Below, piece by piece: positions 10,392-20,865 of a stretch of 64,000 nt of DNA. Origin of the DNA: a virus (taxonomy: Duplodnaviria; Caudoviricetes); IMG/VR virus record IMGVR_UViG_3300032431_000007, positions 1,506 to 65,505 of that record; one strand, given 5' to 3'. The notes beneath the pieces were generated by a model. The model did no database searches. It had not been told where the DNA came from and saw nothing but the letters and a program-made list of their open reading frames with translations. The position numbers and the translations under genes were made by a program. Each line of letters begins with the position of its first letter. The stretch's first letter is position 1.

Positions 10392-10915
10392 CCGTTGATT
10401 AGACGCGCAGCATTTATTCCAACATTAACATTCTCGGTTCCACGACCAAATATTGTAATGCTGAGCTGCATTCTGCCGTTACCTAGATACTTTGATGTAA
10501 CTTCTACTTTTGATGCAACACCGCGAGCAATTAGCCGCTGGAGAGTTGACTCTGCTATAGCGGCAATCATATTGACGTTTTCATTAATCCTGCCCGTTGC
10601 TGGAACAGCCCGCATTAGTGTTCCAACGGTAGCCGGTCCGGATTCAATATAACTTTCCGACCAGTGGCCTCCTTGACTTCCAGGACGATAGCCGCACTCC
10701 GAGTCGGTCAACTTCCCATCAGTCATTAGCATATTTATCACAAGGCCGCGAAGCCAACCGACGGTGCTAATTGTTTTTCCATCTGGCGAATTAATAAAAG
10801 ACAGTCCGGGGGAACCGCAGTCGGCTCCGCAGATTTCGTCAGAACCGCAGGCGTCCGGCTGTGTCGCCCAGAACAGCTTCCTGCGGGTTGCGGCTGGAAC
10901 AGAGCAGATAGCCAT
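10376..10915 (-). CDS. baseplate protein (Mu gp46-like)
   Basis: LMTDG…GGHWSESY…GTLM…LQRLIARGVA pattern; synteny. Confidence 0.75.
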   Translation of the reverse strand: MAICSVPAATRRKLFWATQPDACGSDEICGADCGSPGLSFINSPDGKTISTVGWLRGLVINMLMTDGKLTDSECGYRPGSQGGHWSESYIESGPATVGTLMRAVPATGRINENVNMIAAIAESTLQRLIARGVASKVEVTSKYLGNGRMQLSITIFGRGTENVNVGINAARLINGWVWN

Positions 10916-11613
10916 TAGCTAGGGCCTCCTGTATTGCTACCGCCCGGAAATACGCCGCCGTGGGTATGGGTACTGCCCACGTTGACGCCATTGTGCCGAA
11001 GCGCCCCGCTTGTTATATCAACAGATGCAGCGGCGATTGTCAAGGCTCCTCCCGCCGAGATATCGGCTGATCCGCCGATGGCCACCGTGGCATTACCAGA
11101 GACACTAATAGAGACGTTACCGCCAATCGTAACTTCGCCGTCTGCCGCGATGTTAATCGTGCCTCCGCCCGCAAGGTTGAACGTGGCGTTGTCGCCAACG
11201 ATTCCAAGCGTGATCGACCTGTTGGGGCCGAGGACGTAATTTCCGTCTGTAAGGAATGTTTCGTCGGCATTAAACTCTATCCTTCTTGCGGGGTCCGTGG
11301 GGTGTTGAACGCCACCCTGCCCTTCTCCCCATTGATGCTGTAGCCCGCGCGGAATCGTTGCAATCACAACCTTATCGTTAACATCAGAACCCAAAGACAG
11401 CATAACCATTTCGGCATCGCTGTCAGCAGGGAGGTTAAAGCCGTAGCCAAGGTTAAGCAGCGGCACTTCTTCGTCGAGGGTGCCGGTTCCTCGAACCGAC
11501 ATGCTGGCCCCCGCGCCGGGGACGTAAACGAGCGAGCCCCAAACTCCGCGCTCTACGAGGTCTTGGATATCGCGTGTTCTAGAAGAATACGGAATGAAGC
11601 TTGTCATATCCAA
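10915..11613 (-). CDS. baseplate central spike (Mu gp45/gpV-like)
   Basis: YGFNLP, beta-helix repeats, C-terminal HTHGGV iron-binding tip. Confidence 0.88.
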   Translation of the reverse strand: MDMTSFIPYSSRTRDIQDLVERGVWGSLVYVPGAGASMSVRGTGTLDEEVPLLNLGYGFNLPADSDAEMVMLSLGSDVNDKVVIATIPRGLQHQWGEGQGGVQHPTDPARRIEFNADETFLTDGNYVLGPNRSITLGIVGDNATFNLAGGGTINIAADGEVTIGGNVSISVSGNATVAIGGSADISAGGALTIAAASVDITSGALRHNGVNVGSTHTHGGVFPGGSNTGGPS

Positions 11614-11897
11614 CTCTTTTCTTCGTTGTTCCAGACAAGCCTATAACCGACCCCGTAAGCGGCAACAACACGCCCCTTCTCTTTAAGCGCCTTATTAACT
11701 TGTCTTGCGCAGCTATTAAGATATTCCGGCGAGCGCGGAATCCCTGTAACATCTTCAATCGCGTAGCAAAGACTTTCCTTAGTCACAACTCTTCCTTTGG
11801 CCTGATGGAGACGCGTAAGAAACGTTGACGGGACTCTACTAAGCCCGGGAAAGTCGGACATAAAATCTGCGATCTGCTGTTTTGTTTCGGTATCCAT
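11604..11897 (-). CDS. winged-helix (OmpR C-terminal-like) protein
   Basis: GRVVTKESL…VVAAYGVGYRL, typical of Trans_reg_C. Confidence 0.65.
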   Translation of the reverse strand: MDTETKQQIADFMSDFPGLSRVPSTFLTRLHQAKGRVVTKESLCYAIEDVTGIPRSPEYLNSCARQVNKALKEKGRVVAAYGVGYRLVWNNEEKSWI

Positions 11898-11921
11898 GCT
11901 GGCCTCTTACGATGGAATTAG

Positions 11922-13253
11922 TCACTGTGGCCCTGCCGTAGGCGGTAATGATACGGGCGGCGGGTTATTTGAAGGTACTCCGGAAAGAATCGACTCCTGG
12001 TCAAAAAGATCGGGTTGAACCCCAGCCTTGTACTGCTCTAGATCGGCTATGTAGCCGGGGCGCGTTTCTGGATACTCGTTTCGCCATTCACCGGGCGCTT
12101 CTAAAAGCGGCGCACCGCCACTGTTATCATTCACGCCGGACAGAATTTTACCGTTAGCGTCAAGCCCGGTCCCCGCACCTGTTTGACTTTGAAACCTAGA
12201 CGGCGGCGGCGATAGTGTCAGTTTAGTTTCAAGCGTTTTATCGGCGGTTACGATATACTCCAGATCAGTAACTTCAAAGCTGCCGCTAACGCCTGCCGGT
12301 GGAATAGAAACGTTATGCAGCGTTCCCAGATCCCAGGGTTCACCTGTTGACTGCTGGAGGTGGAATACAGTCAGCTCGATCTTACGACTGGCAGCGCTAC
12401 GCCGGTTAGCCTCGTACTGAATACGCTTGTTAAGCAGCTCAGGTGTAGCGTCGCCGTAAAGTTGAACAACAGTTCGGCTAACGGCGGTCGTATCCGGTAT
12501 CGTTGAAGCGGCAATCGTTTTGATTACAGCCGCGTCACCCCAGACCTCTTTAGCGATCTTCTGACCTTTAACTACAACTAGAGCGCGCTCTAAATCTTCT
12601 GCCTGCTCTGTGCTAAACGATAAAATGTTTCTGCCCAAAACAATATCTTCGCCAATAACGGTTCTGGGTCCGTCTGTAACACGCAGTTTTCCCTCGCGGG
12701 TTTCATACATATAAAGCGATGTTGCCTCAGCAACACGATAAAGTTCTTGGGAGATTATACCGCCGTCTCTGAACCGCACTTTATCCAACTGGTCAGTAGA
12801 AGCTTCCCAGTCAATTTCAATTTCCCACGGTGTAACAAGCGCGTCGAAGACAGAGCGCGTTGTAGGGCGCAGCATTGTTCCGGTCGGGTGCCCGTGACTG
12901 CTATCGACCAGATATTTCGTCTTACCGCGACAGGTCAAACGCACCGTGTATTCGTTTGGACCAATAGACAGATTTGACGAACCTTCCGAATCGCCAGTTG
13001 TTCCAGGTTCGCCAGACTGCGCGGCAGTATCGCGCCGCCGATCAACGATTCCGGTAAAGGCTAACTTACCTCCGACATAGACGAGGATTTCACGACCTTT
13101 AGACGCATCTTTCAGAAAGGGGGCCTCGGGCAACCATCCCATAAATATAGAGACAGTAAGCTCGCCTGTCATGTTAGCTTTAGACCGCTTAAGCCTCATT
13201 TCTGTATAGCCAACCAACTCTTTGCGGTCAATAAAGATTCTAACTACTACCAT
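11922..13253 (-). CDS. baseplate hub (Mu gp44/P2 gpD-like)
   Basis: LAFTGIVD, CRGKTKYLVDSS, IVLGRNILS; synteny. Confidence 0.85.
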   Translation of the reverse strand: MVVVRIFIDRKELVGYTEMRLKRSKANMTGELTVSIFMGWLPEAPFLKDASKGREILVYVGGKLAFTGIVDRRRDTAAQSGEPGTTGDSEGSSNLSIGPNEYTVRLTCRGKTKYLVDSSHGHPTGTMLRPTTRSVFDALVTPWEIEIDWEASTDQLDKVRFRDGGIISQELYRVAEATSLYMYETREGKLRVTDGPRTVIGEDIVLGRNILSFSTEQAEDLERALVVVKGQKIAKEVWGDAAVIKTIAASTIPDTTAVSRTVVQLYGDATPELLNKRIQYEANRRSAASRKIELTVFHLQQSTGEPWDLGTLHNVSIPPAGVSGSFEVTDLEYIVTADKTLETKLTLSPPPSRFQSQTGAGTGLDANGKILSGVNDNSGGAPLLEAPGEWRNEYPETRPGYIADLEQYKAGVQPDLFDQESILSGVPSNNPPPVSLPPTAGPQ

Positions 13254-14428
13254 CAGCGCACCGCCACAACTCGGGGGCCAACGCGACCTGCCGTAGTTAC
13301 AACGTTCAAAGCTTCGATTTCACGATGCCGCTTAGCGTCCCCGTAAACTGAATATGCGGCGGTAAGCGGATGGACCGATCCCGAAAAGTTAAATTCTGTA
13401 AATCCGGGAGCGTTGTATGCCTTATCGTACAAGGCAGCGGTAACTTCGGTCTTGAATTGGGAAAGAGCGATAAATAGTTTGTTCTCGCATATACGACTGG
13501 CATAGGCCATCTCTCCAAGCAAGATCGTTTCTATTGCATCAATCTGCTCAAAAATTTCAGACGAACGTAGTGACGGTGTTTGAAACGAACCCTGCGCCAT
13601 ATAGGCCGCAGCTATAATTCTGACGTTAGAATAGATTGCGTCTTCTGCATCGGACGCCGGAGCAGCAAAAGTTGATTGAAGAGCGGCTCCGTTAGCCAGC
13701 CTCCGAAAAGCGGCAAACTGGTTGGCCTCCGTTAGGTTGCTGGCCAGAAGCTGCATACCAACCGCGAGCGCGCGGTCAGTAATTTCAACGTCGGAGGCCA
13801 GCGCCCCGTCGAGCACGACCGTCTCTAGATCGTAAACATAACGGTTGCGGGTTTGCCCTGGAACGGTTGCCAGTAGATACTCGTTCATAATATTATTGAC
13901 TTGACCCTGCGCCGCCGATACAACCGCTTGTTTGCGAAAAGGTTGGACAGCGTTAGGGGCGAATCGTGAAGTAAAGTTTTCCCTACTTGCCCCAATTATA
14001 GGGCCGAGCACAAGGCCGAGCAGTTGCCCAAGAAACGAAAAGCCATTGGGCCATTCGTTTGCTTCGACAAATTGCAGGTCAAGATAGGTAACGCCGCCTT
14101 CTTCTTCCATCTTGTCGGAAACGACAAGCCTTGTGCAGGCAGCTCTGACTACGCCGCGCGTAGGGTGAACAAGAATTCCCGGGCCGGGCAGTTCACAAAC
14201 GGCAATTAGGGCGGCAGCTAGAATATTGTGGTTGTTAGTTGCCAGCCGCCCCTTAAGATTATACTTTCTTATGCGACGACCGAGATCAGCATATCCAGTT
14301 TGTTCACCAAACGGAAACTCACCTTCGGCACCGCGTCTTCCGTGCTCAGAGTCTGCCTCTAGCGCAAGGAAAGGGACAAACTTAAAGCTTGCGGGAAGGT
14401 AAGGTTCATTGTAACAAGCTTCGGCCAT
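13253..14428 (-). CDS. Mu gpN-like DNA circularization / baseplate centerpiece protein
   Basis: PASFKFVPF…GRRGAEGEFPF…DLGR…GPGILVHPTRG. Confidence 0.88.
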   Translation of the reverse strand: MAEACYNEPYLPASFKFVPFLALEADSEHGRRGAEGEFPFGEQTGYADLGRRIRKYNLKGRLATNNHNILAAALIAVCELPGPGILVHPTRGVVRAACTRLVVSDKMEEEGGVTYLDLQFVEANEWPNGFSFLGQLLGLVLGPIIGASRENFTSRFAPNAVQPFRKQAVVSAAQGQVNNIMNEYLLATVPGQTRNRYVYDLETVVLDGALASDVEITDRALAVGMQLLASNLTEANQFAAFRRLANGAALQSTFAAPASDAEDAIYSNVRIIAAAYMAQGSFQTPSLRSSEIFEQIDAIETILLGEMAYASRICENKLFIALSQFKTEVTAALYDKAYNAPGFTEFNFSGSVHPLTAAYSVYGDAKRHREIEALNVVTTAGRVGPRVVAVR

Positions 14429-14442
14429 AGTCTTGTCCTATT

Positions 14443-17172
14443 CTAGAAAGGTCCGCTACCGCCGAGATTAACGGCGGGGTCAGGAGTCGCGGGAGCGCGG
14501 GCGGTTATCGTTACGCCGCCCATAGCAGCGGCAGCAGCCGCGCCAGCAATCGCTCCGAACTGCGCGGCAGACGAAAGCATCCCTTGCCCGGCGATAGGGC
14601 CAAATTGCGCCGCCGCGTTTTCAATGGTAGGACCAACCTGCATAAGCTCGAACGCCGACTGGCTGAACACATCAGCAAAAGTGTCCGCCGTGTTATTAGT
14701 TCCGTAAAGGCCCTGCGACTGACCTGTTACTTCTCTAAACACGGAGCCATATATACGCGCCAAATCAAGAGACGGTGTATGAGCAAAGCGATCAGCAATG
14801 TCAGCCGCGTTTGGAAACGACATCGGCGGTTGGCGAGAAGGGTCAAAAGAAGCGGCAGAAGACGGAGTAGCGGGCGCCGATTCATGGCCGGTTAGCTCTC
14901 TAAAGATGGCCGTGAAAAGACTGATACCGTCAATAGGCGCTCGGTTAACAAACGCTTCACGCCCGGTTTGGTAGGTATCAATAGCATCTTTTCTGTCATC
15001 AAACAGAGCCGCTGTTATTTTGCGGTTACTTTCCATAACCATCTCTGAATAATCAGTCACTGCCCAATCACGGAGCCTAACCATAGCAGAAGCGACAGCC
15101 GCTATTGTGTCGGGCGCGGCGCCGTCAACAGGAAGATCAGCCATCCCTCCAGGAACTGCGGATGCTGCGATTATCTCCGCAGCGCTTGCGACAAGCGGCT
15201 TCATTAACGCTTCCATATCCTGCCGACGCTTTTGAGCCTCTTCAGCCGCAGGAGAAAGCGAGGGTCTGCCTCGGCGCCGTATATCATCCCACCGGGCCTC
15301 AAGCGCAGTTCTCGGGCGATCAGAACCTAACCCGACCGGAGTAGCGTAAAGTGCCGCAGCTATTCCGGCAGTCCAACCACCAATCGCAGGAAGAAAGCTC
15401 CACCAGCGACGAGGAGGTTGGCCACCGGGAGGAACGACCGGCGGGACTCCGCCAGTTCCGCCGCAACCGCAGGCGAGAAGCATCGCAGTATTAGCCTTCG
15501 TGGCGCCGGTATTAATAGCAAGCGCCCCGATCAACGGGCCTGTTCCAGCGAGCGTTGCGGCGCCTCCGGCAGCCGCCCTACCGATCATAGAAGCGCCCGT
15601 TATAAAGCCGAGAAGACGCAAGCCGAAGATAGCCGATTTTATTGTCCAAAAACCAAGGACTAGACCCGCGACAGCAGCCGATACTTGCTGCGTTCTTTCA
15701 GAAAGTTTAGCAAACTCACCACTAAGCGACTTTGCTGGACCGTAAAAACTTTCCATCCAGTTCGCCAGTCGATCAACCGGACCAGCCAAGCGTTCGAATA
15801 AAGGCACAAGCGTATCGACCGACATGGTGCTAAAAGAAGCAAAAAGATTTCGAAGTGATTGACCAAGATCACGTTGAGAGCCTGTGACGGCGTTAACCAT
15901 ACCCGACTGCGCAGCTTGCCACGCTGAAAAATAACGTTCTTCTCCCGCAGCAATTTCTTGGGCTACTTGCCGCATTTCACGCGTAACAAAGCCCATTTCT
16001 TGAAGGGCTATCCGAACAGCAATATTATCAGTAGGATCAACGCCTTGCGCAAGAAGTAGCGGGCGAATAACTGCCTGAACCCAAGCCTGTTGATTAGCAA
16101 GCAGCAGTTCCTCTTGGACGGGTCTACCATTCGGCCCGATAATACCAGAGGCAGTCAGCATATCTGTTTGAGCTTGCGAAACTCCGGCTTCTTGAGTTAG
16201 CGCCGTAAGCATCCTGTTTGTATTATCACCGACACGCCGACCGCCTTCGTCAAACGCGAGCATAAAGTTAAAGATACCCTGCTCGTCAAGTGTTAGGGCA
16301 GTGCCGCTAACCCGCAGAGCAGCTAGAAACGACTCGGGGCTAAACGTAGCCCCGGTTGCTCCGATACCGGCGGCATAGCCGCGCATAATAGCTTCTGCCC
16401 GCGCAGGGTCTTCACTGATCTGTGCAAACTCAAGAACTTTAGCAAGAATACTTGTGGCGCTTTCAGCCCGATCAGGAGTGACTGCGTAAATTCTTTCTTC
16501 CGCTTGAGCCGCAGCTAGTGCAATTCGGGCAAAGTTTGGGCCTGCCGCAGGTATAGACAACGCTATGTTGGAATAGAGTTTTGTTAGATCGTTTATTGAC
16601 AGCCCTTCAACCTGCGTCAAAGCTGCCACCGCCGCCGCGTTCACAAGCGGAATATTCGCGGGGGCCAGAGTCAAGTTTTGCGTAGTAGTAAGAGCTTGAG
16701 CGGTAAGGGCAGACTGCGCCCCGGAAATGACTACATTGCTCGCTTGCATATACAGTTGTCCGACAACAATATAAGAAAGCATCCGACCAAGAGTGAAAGG
16801 GTCAAGGATAGGGCCAGCCATCACGCCGCCCGTAAACCCCGGCCCGAAGTCATACCGATTGTTGCCGGTTCTACCACCGGCGCCGCGATTTCCGCCACCA
16901 CCGGCTCCACCGCCTGCTCCGCCCCCGCCGCCCCATCCGGGGCCTATCGGAGGCATACGCCGGCTCAAGCCGCGAAGAAGCCGATCCAGTTGTTGAACTT
17001 TTGCGATGGTTTGGTTAATATTACGAAGATTGAAAGTGATATTAATGTTGCGAATACCAGCGCCGGCCCTTGCGGTGCGAAAAAGCGCCGCAAGAGACCG
17101 GTTAACATTGTTGATCTGCCGCGTTGACTGATCGGTTACTCTAAGGATGGCCTGCTCGACATACGTAACCAT
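14443..17172 (-). CDS. tail tape measure protein
   Basis: 909 aa, Ala/Gly-rich helical, directly after the tail chaperones. Confidence 0.8.
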   Translation of the reverse strand: MVTYVEQAILRVTDQSTRQINNVNRSLAALFRTARAGAGIRNINITFNLRNINQTIAKVQQLDRLLRGLSRRMPPIGPGWGGGGGAGGGAGGGGNRGAGGRTGNNRYDFGPGFTGGVMAGPILDPFTLGRMLSYIVVGQLYMQASNVVISGAQSALTAQALTTTQNLTLAPANIPLVNAAAVAALTQVEGLSINDLTKLYSNIALSIPAAGPNFARIALAAAQAEERIYAVTPDRAESATSILAKVLEFAQISEDPARAEAIMRGYAAGIGATGATFSPESFLAALRVSGTALTLDEQGIFNFMLAFDEGGRRVGDNTNRMLTALTQEAGVSQAQTDMLTASGIIGPNGRPVQEELLLANQQAWVQAVIRPLLLAQGVDPTDNIAVRIALQEMGFVTREMRQVAQEIAAGEERYFSAWQAAQSGMVNAVTGSQRDLGQSLRNLFASFSTMSVDTLVPLFERLAGPVDRLANWMESFYGPAKSLSGEFAKLSERTQQVSAAVAGLVLGFWTIKSAIFGLRLLGFITGASMIGRAAAGGAATLAGTGPLIGALAINTGATKANTAMLLACGCGGTGGVPPVVPPGGQPPRRWWSFLPAIGGWTAGIAAALYATPVGLGSDRPRTALEARWDDIRRRGRPSLSPAAEEAQKRRQDMEALMKPLVASAAEIIAASAVPGGMADLPVDGAAPDTIAAVASAMVRLRDWAVTDYSEMVMESNRKITAALFDDRKDAIDTYQTGREAFVNRAPIDGISLFTAIFRELTGHESAPATPSSAASFDPSRQPPMSFPNAADIADRFAHTPSLDLARIYGSVFREVTGQSQGLYGTNNTADTFADVFSQSAFELMQVGPTIENAAAQFGPIAGQGMLSSAAQFGAIAGAAAAAAMGGVTITARAPATPDPAVNLGGSGPF

Positions 17173-17176
17173 GTCT

Positions 17177-17380
17177 TTATCTCACCCTTTTACGATTTTG
17201 TTTTGATCCGGCTCCGCTCTTACCTTTGTTATTAGCCGCTGTGATCTTTTTCAGCAAACGATGAAATGCCGATAGTCTCACAGCGAGCACTTTAAGAGGC
17301 AAGTTCCTAACATCTTGGATAGGCGACGAGTAATAGCAGTGCTCAGCAACCGTATCCGCAACGTTAGTAGCGGCTTTCAA
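17177..17380 (-). CDS. tail assembly chaperone extension (likely -1 frameshift product)
   Basis: Begins with TTG overlapping GCT TTT TGA of the upstream gene, in the -1 frame. Confidence 0.55.
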   Translation of the reverse strand: MKAATNVADTVAEHCYYSSPIQDVRNLPLKVLAVRLSAFHRLLKKITAANNKGKSGAGSKQNRKRVR

Positions 17381-17973
17381 AAAGCCGGTGCGACTTTCTG
17401 GATGATCCCAACACCGTCGAGGTTTGTGATCTTGTCGATTGCCCAGCCGGGCAGGCGCATAAGCGATGGAGCGTCCAAAGGCTTTGCTACGCTGCGCAAC
17501 AGTTCGAGCGACCGCGTTATCTCGTTTTCGCAGGCGAGAACATCTTCAATCTCACCATAAGTCGCAGCCAAAAACTCTAGGTCTTGGATAACGATAGTGT
17601 CGCCTTTAGAATCTTTCATTTTAAGCGCCGTTCCAAGCCGGTAGACAAGCGGAGTGCTAACCCCGTCGCCCTCAAGAATTAAGCTACCTATCTCGCCCTG
17701 CTCTGTATCAAGGTCATCGAGGATTAGCCTAGCGGTGGCCACCGGCAGGGCCAAAAGATTTGCATCGTCAGGCATAAGGCGCTCGCCCGCAACCTTGAAG
17801 TGGACTTGTTTGCGGATACGTTCGCGCTGCAAAACCTGAAGCGGCTTTTTGCTGCCTATCATTTTTGAACTCATCGCCGCAAGTTCAACAAAAAATAGCG
17901 GGTGTATTTCGATTTCATCGACGATCTTATCGCCGAACTTCACGGTATCGGTAAACTCGATCTTTTTAGGCAT
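17377..17973 (-). CDS. tail assembly chaperone
   Basis: Position between tube and tape measure; AGGAG RBS. Confidence 0.7.
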   Translation of the reverse strand: MPKKIEFTDTVKFGDKIVDEIEIHPLFFVELAAMSSKMIGSKKPLQVLQRERIRKQVHFKVAGERLMPDDANLLALPVATARLILDDLDTEQGEIGSLILEGDGVSTPLVYRLGTALKMKDSKGDTIVIQDLEFLAATYGEIEDVLACENEITRSLELLRSVAKPLDAPSLMRLPGWAIDKITNLDGVGIIQKVAPAF

Positions 17974-18085
17974 AGCCTATTTCTCCTGCGGTTGCCCCTG
18001 CGTGAAATTGACACCGCCGCTCAGCCCGCAGGATAGCCGAGCGGCGATTAGTCCTCTGCCAGAGGCCAGTCAGGCAGAGGCGTCC

Positions 18086-18502
18086 TTAAGCGGCTTGCCT
18101 AACCGCCGTACTCGGAAGAAGCTCGTCGATTTCTTTGAACGCAGCAGTAATCGTGACATCGTGGCCGTCAGAACTTTCTTCGCCGGTTGAAGTCCCCGAC
18201 AGCCCGGTGACAACCATTCCGTTAAAGTGCTCGATGGTGATGTCCATCGAACCACAGCCTTGGTACAGCGCCAGCGGAATACCGAGATTGCGAACAACCA
18301 TAACGCTGATCTGGTTAGTGCCACGGGTTCGCCGCACGTACCCACCCGGAAGCGCTTCGTTTGAAAATTCGCACAGACGATAAGTCGGCTGCTCGCTGCC
18401 AGACAACTCGTGCGAAAATGGACCGTAAACCGCGTTCGAATCGCAGTCGGTAAATCGGATCAGAATGTTCCTGACGCCAATCTGGTTGTCGCAGTCAGCC
18501 AT
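18086..18502 (-). CDS. tail tube protein
   Basis: 138 aa, beta-rich, immediately after the sheath gene. Confidence 0.8.
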   Translation of the reverse strand: MADCDNQIGVRNILIRFTDCDSNAVYGPFSHELSGSEQPTYRLCEFSNEALPGGYVRRTRGTNQISVMVVRNLGIPLALYQGCGSMDITIEHFNGMVVTGLSGTSTGEESSDGHDVTITAAFKEIDELLPSTAVRQAA

Positions 18503-18571
18503 GACAATTCTCCTTTAGATGGCTGTTGAAGAGATACCGGCCCGCGCGATACGCGAGCCGGAGGCCAACGC

Positions 18572-20077
18572 TTAGCAGTTGTTTAGAAGTTTCGGTTGGG
18601 CATTGACGACGATCTGCTTGATCCGAACCGGCGGACGATAGATCATATTCATGAACAGCTTACCGGGAATACCTCGGCAACGAGGTGCAATCTGGAAGTC
18701 GTCTACGATGGTAAGCTCTTCGTTTAGATTGTCGAACTCAGAGAACAGTAGCCCGACTTGACTCTTCGCCCATGCGCGCATGACCCCGAGCATCATCCGG
18801 CGGTTAACGCCTCTTGCACCTTCACGAATGTTTGTTCCATCCGTGTAGTAGCCGAGGCCGTTAAACTGCTGAAGCTGCTCCGCAATCAAAATTGCCGTTC
18901 GTGTAGCAAGACGCCGCGAGCTGACATCTTGGAACGTCAAATTCTCGCGCCCTTCTGCATCGAAGCGGTTATTGGTGATGTCGTTGGTAATCATCGGCGA
19001 AGTGAGACGACCTTGACCACCGGCCACGGGAACGGTGACGACAAAGCCGCTGTCGCGAAGTTGATTCTGTTCGTCAAAGGTCCAGCAAGACGAGCAAGAT
19101 TCAGGCTGCGACAAACAATCGAGAACACCAAAGTTCGGGCCTTGGATGCTAATCTCAGGATTGTCTTGCGTAAGGCAGCAGCTTTTCGCCGCGTAGGCGG
19201 CGACTTTGAGGTAGGGGAGAATCGGATCTTCTGGACAGTGAGCCAGCCGCGAGATCGTTGCGGAGTTTGTATCGCTCGCGAGAATTTGACCCAGACTGCC
19301 GCTATTGTAGGTGTAACCGTGCCCGAAACACTGAGGCTTGTCGCAGGACCACGCTTCGTCAAGATATTCGATAAACCCGGTTTGAGCAACAGTTCCGTCC
19401 GTAAGCAGGGCCAAGCAGCAGACGCAGCAATCACCGAGTGCAGTCGCGTAATCAGAGGCCAGTATTGATCCCACACCAACAACAGTCTGCGCGAACGCAA
19501 CTGTAATTCCTCCAGGAGCGTAGTTATTGCGCCCGTGCCAGTTGTTGATTACGACGAGATTGTTTCCAATAACGCCGCCATTCTTGGCAGTAAGAGTAAC
19601 AACTCCCGCCGCGTTTGTGGCGGTATAAGGGAAGTAAATAGAAATCGCCGCGTCGATTGCAGCGGCAATCTGTGTATTGGTTTGACCGGCTTCAACCTCG
19701 ACGCTGATATTGTACCGGCCAGCTCCCATGTAGAGGTCAATCCGCCCCGGAGAAGTCGCAGGACCACCTCCAATCGTAAGCGTGTACGCTGCGACAAGCG
19801 CGCCCAAAGGATTAGGACGTGGGAGAGCAAAGATCTCAACCGCGTCATTGCCGCAACAGTTCATGGCAACTTTTAGCGACTCGGACAGCGCCCCGCCAAC
19901 GCCGAACATAACATCTATGTCCGCAGTAGAGGTGATCTTTACCAACTGATTGAACGGAGCGAGGCCGGCGTTCATGCGCTGGCCTTCCAAAACTAGGCGG
20001 CAGCTCGTTCCCAAGACGTTAAGGCTTGGATCAAAGCAAAGACGAACAAAACCGTCGCGGAGAGCATCAAGTGCCAT
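18572..20077 (-). CDS. contractile tail sheath protein
   Basis: 501 aa; MFGVGG, VVTLTAKNGG, Mu gpL-like features. Confidence 0.9.
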   Translation of the reverse strand: MALDALRDGFVRLCFDPSLNVLGTSCRLVLEGQRMNAGLAPFNQLVKITSTADIDVMFGVGGALSESLKVAMNCCGNDAVEIFALPRPNPLGALVAAYTLTIGGGPATSPGRIDLYMGAGRYNISVEVEAGQTNTQIAAAIDAAISIYFPYTATNAAGVVTLTAKNGGVIGNNLVVINNWHGRNNYAPGGITVAFAQTVVGVGSILASDYATALGDCCVCCLALLTDGTVAQTGFIEYLDEAWSCDKPQCFGHGYTYNSGSLGQILASDTNSATISRLAHCPEDPILPYLKVAAYAAKSCCLTQDNPEISIQGPNFGVLDCLSQPESCSSCWTFDEQNQLRDSGFVVTVPVAGGQGRLTSPMITNDITNNRFDAEGRENLTFQDVSSRRLATRTAILIAEQLQQFNGLGYYTDGTNIREGARGVNRRMMLGVMRAWAKSQVGLLFSEFDNLNEELTIVDDFQIAPRCRGIPGKLFMNMIYRPPVRIKQIVVNAQPKLLNNC

Positions 20078-20081
20078 TGTG

Positions 20082-20282
20082 TTATTCCTTCTTAGCTGAA
20101 GCAGGCGCGGACGGCGCAGGCGGTTGCGATTCTTGGATCAAGTCTTCGTGATGGTTGAGAAGCCGCAAGATATACGGCGTCACTTGAACTGAGATAAAGC
20201 GATCAGACGGGATCATTTCACCGCGAGGAGAAACCCGCGCGACCCTATCAGGCTTCGCTTTTACGTTAATTTTTTGTGGCAT
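20082..20282 (-). CDS. small protein upstream of sheath (Mu gp38/DUF2635-like)
   Basis: VKAKPDRVAR…TPYILRLL…EDL; synteny. Confidence 0.6.
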   Translation of the reverse strand: MPQKINVKAKPDRVARVSPRGEMIPSDRFISVQVTPYILRLLNHHEDLIQESQPPAPSAPASAKKE

Positions 20283-20295
20283 AGCCGGTCTCCGG

Positions 20296-20865
20296 TTAGC
20301 AGGGTTTCTTAGGTTCTTCCTCGGGGCAGTCGCAACACTCGGGGTCTGGTTTACCGGGCGTTAAGGTTGACCACACTGTAAACTTGTATGGTTCTTCATC
20401 GCTTTCCAATTCGATTGGACACCATTCTTCGTTGACGATCAAGCGGAAAGCGATATAGACTGCAAACTCATCGCTTTCAACGTCCATCGTTTGATAGGTG
20501 ATAGCCCCGTTTCCTGGCGTTCGCCATTTGACGAGGTTAGAAAGAAGTCGATCTCTAACCCCTTCGTAGTCATAGAACGCAAAGAACGGCGTGTCTGAAC
20601 CATCGTCGCGCTTATACTTTAGCGGCTCAAAGATGAACTGCAACACGATCTGAGACGCCAGCGTGATACGTTGGCCACCGTGTCGGCCCTGCGTTCCCTG
20701 TTCGGTGAGCAGCGCGACAACGGCGACAGGAAGCGTTGGGACGTTAGTTTGCTTGTCGAACGGATCGACTTCGCTGACAGCAAAGGCTCGGCCACCAAGA
20801 TCGGGAAACCATTCTGCAATCGCCGAAGCGAGGGCAATCAGAACGGGCTGTTTTAACGTTGCCAT
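20296..20865 (-). CDS. tail terminator / completion protein
   Basis: Synteny and size. Confidence 0.65.
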   Translation of the reverse strand: MATLKQPVLIALASAIAEWFPDLGGRAFAVSEVDPFDKQTNVPTLPVAVVALLTEQGTQGRHGGQRITLASQIVLQFIFEPLKYKRDDGSDTPFFAFYDYEGVRDRLLSNLVKWRTPGNGAITYQTMDVESDEFAVYIAFRLIVNEEWCPIELESDEEPYKFTVWSTLTPGKPDPECCDCPEEEPKKPC

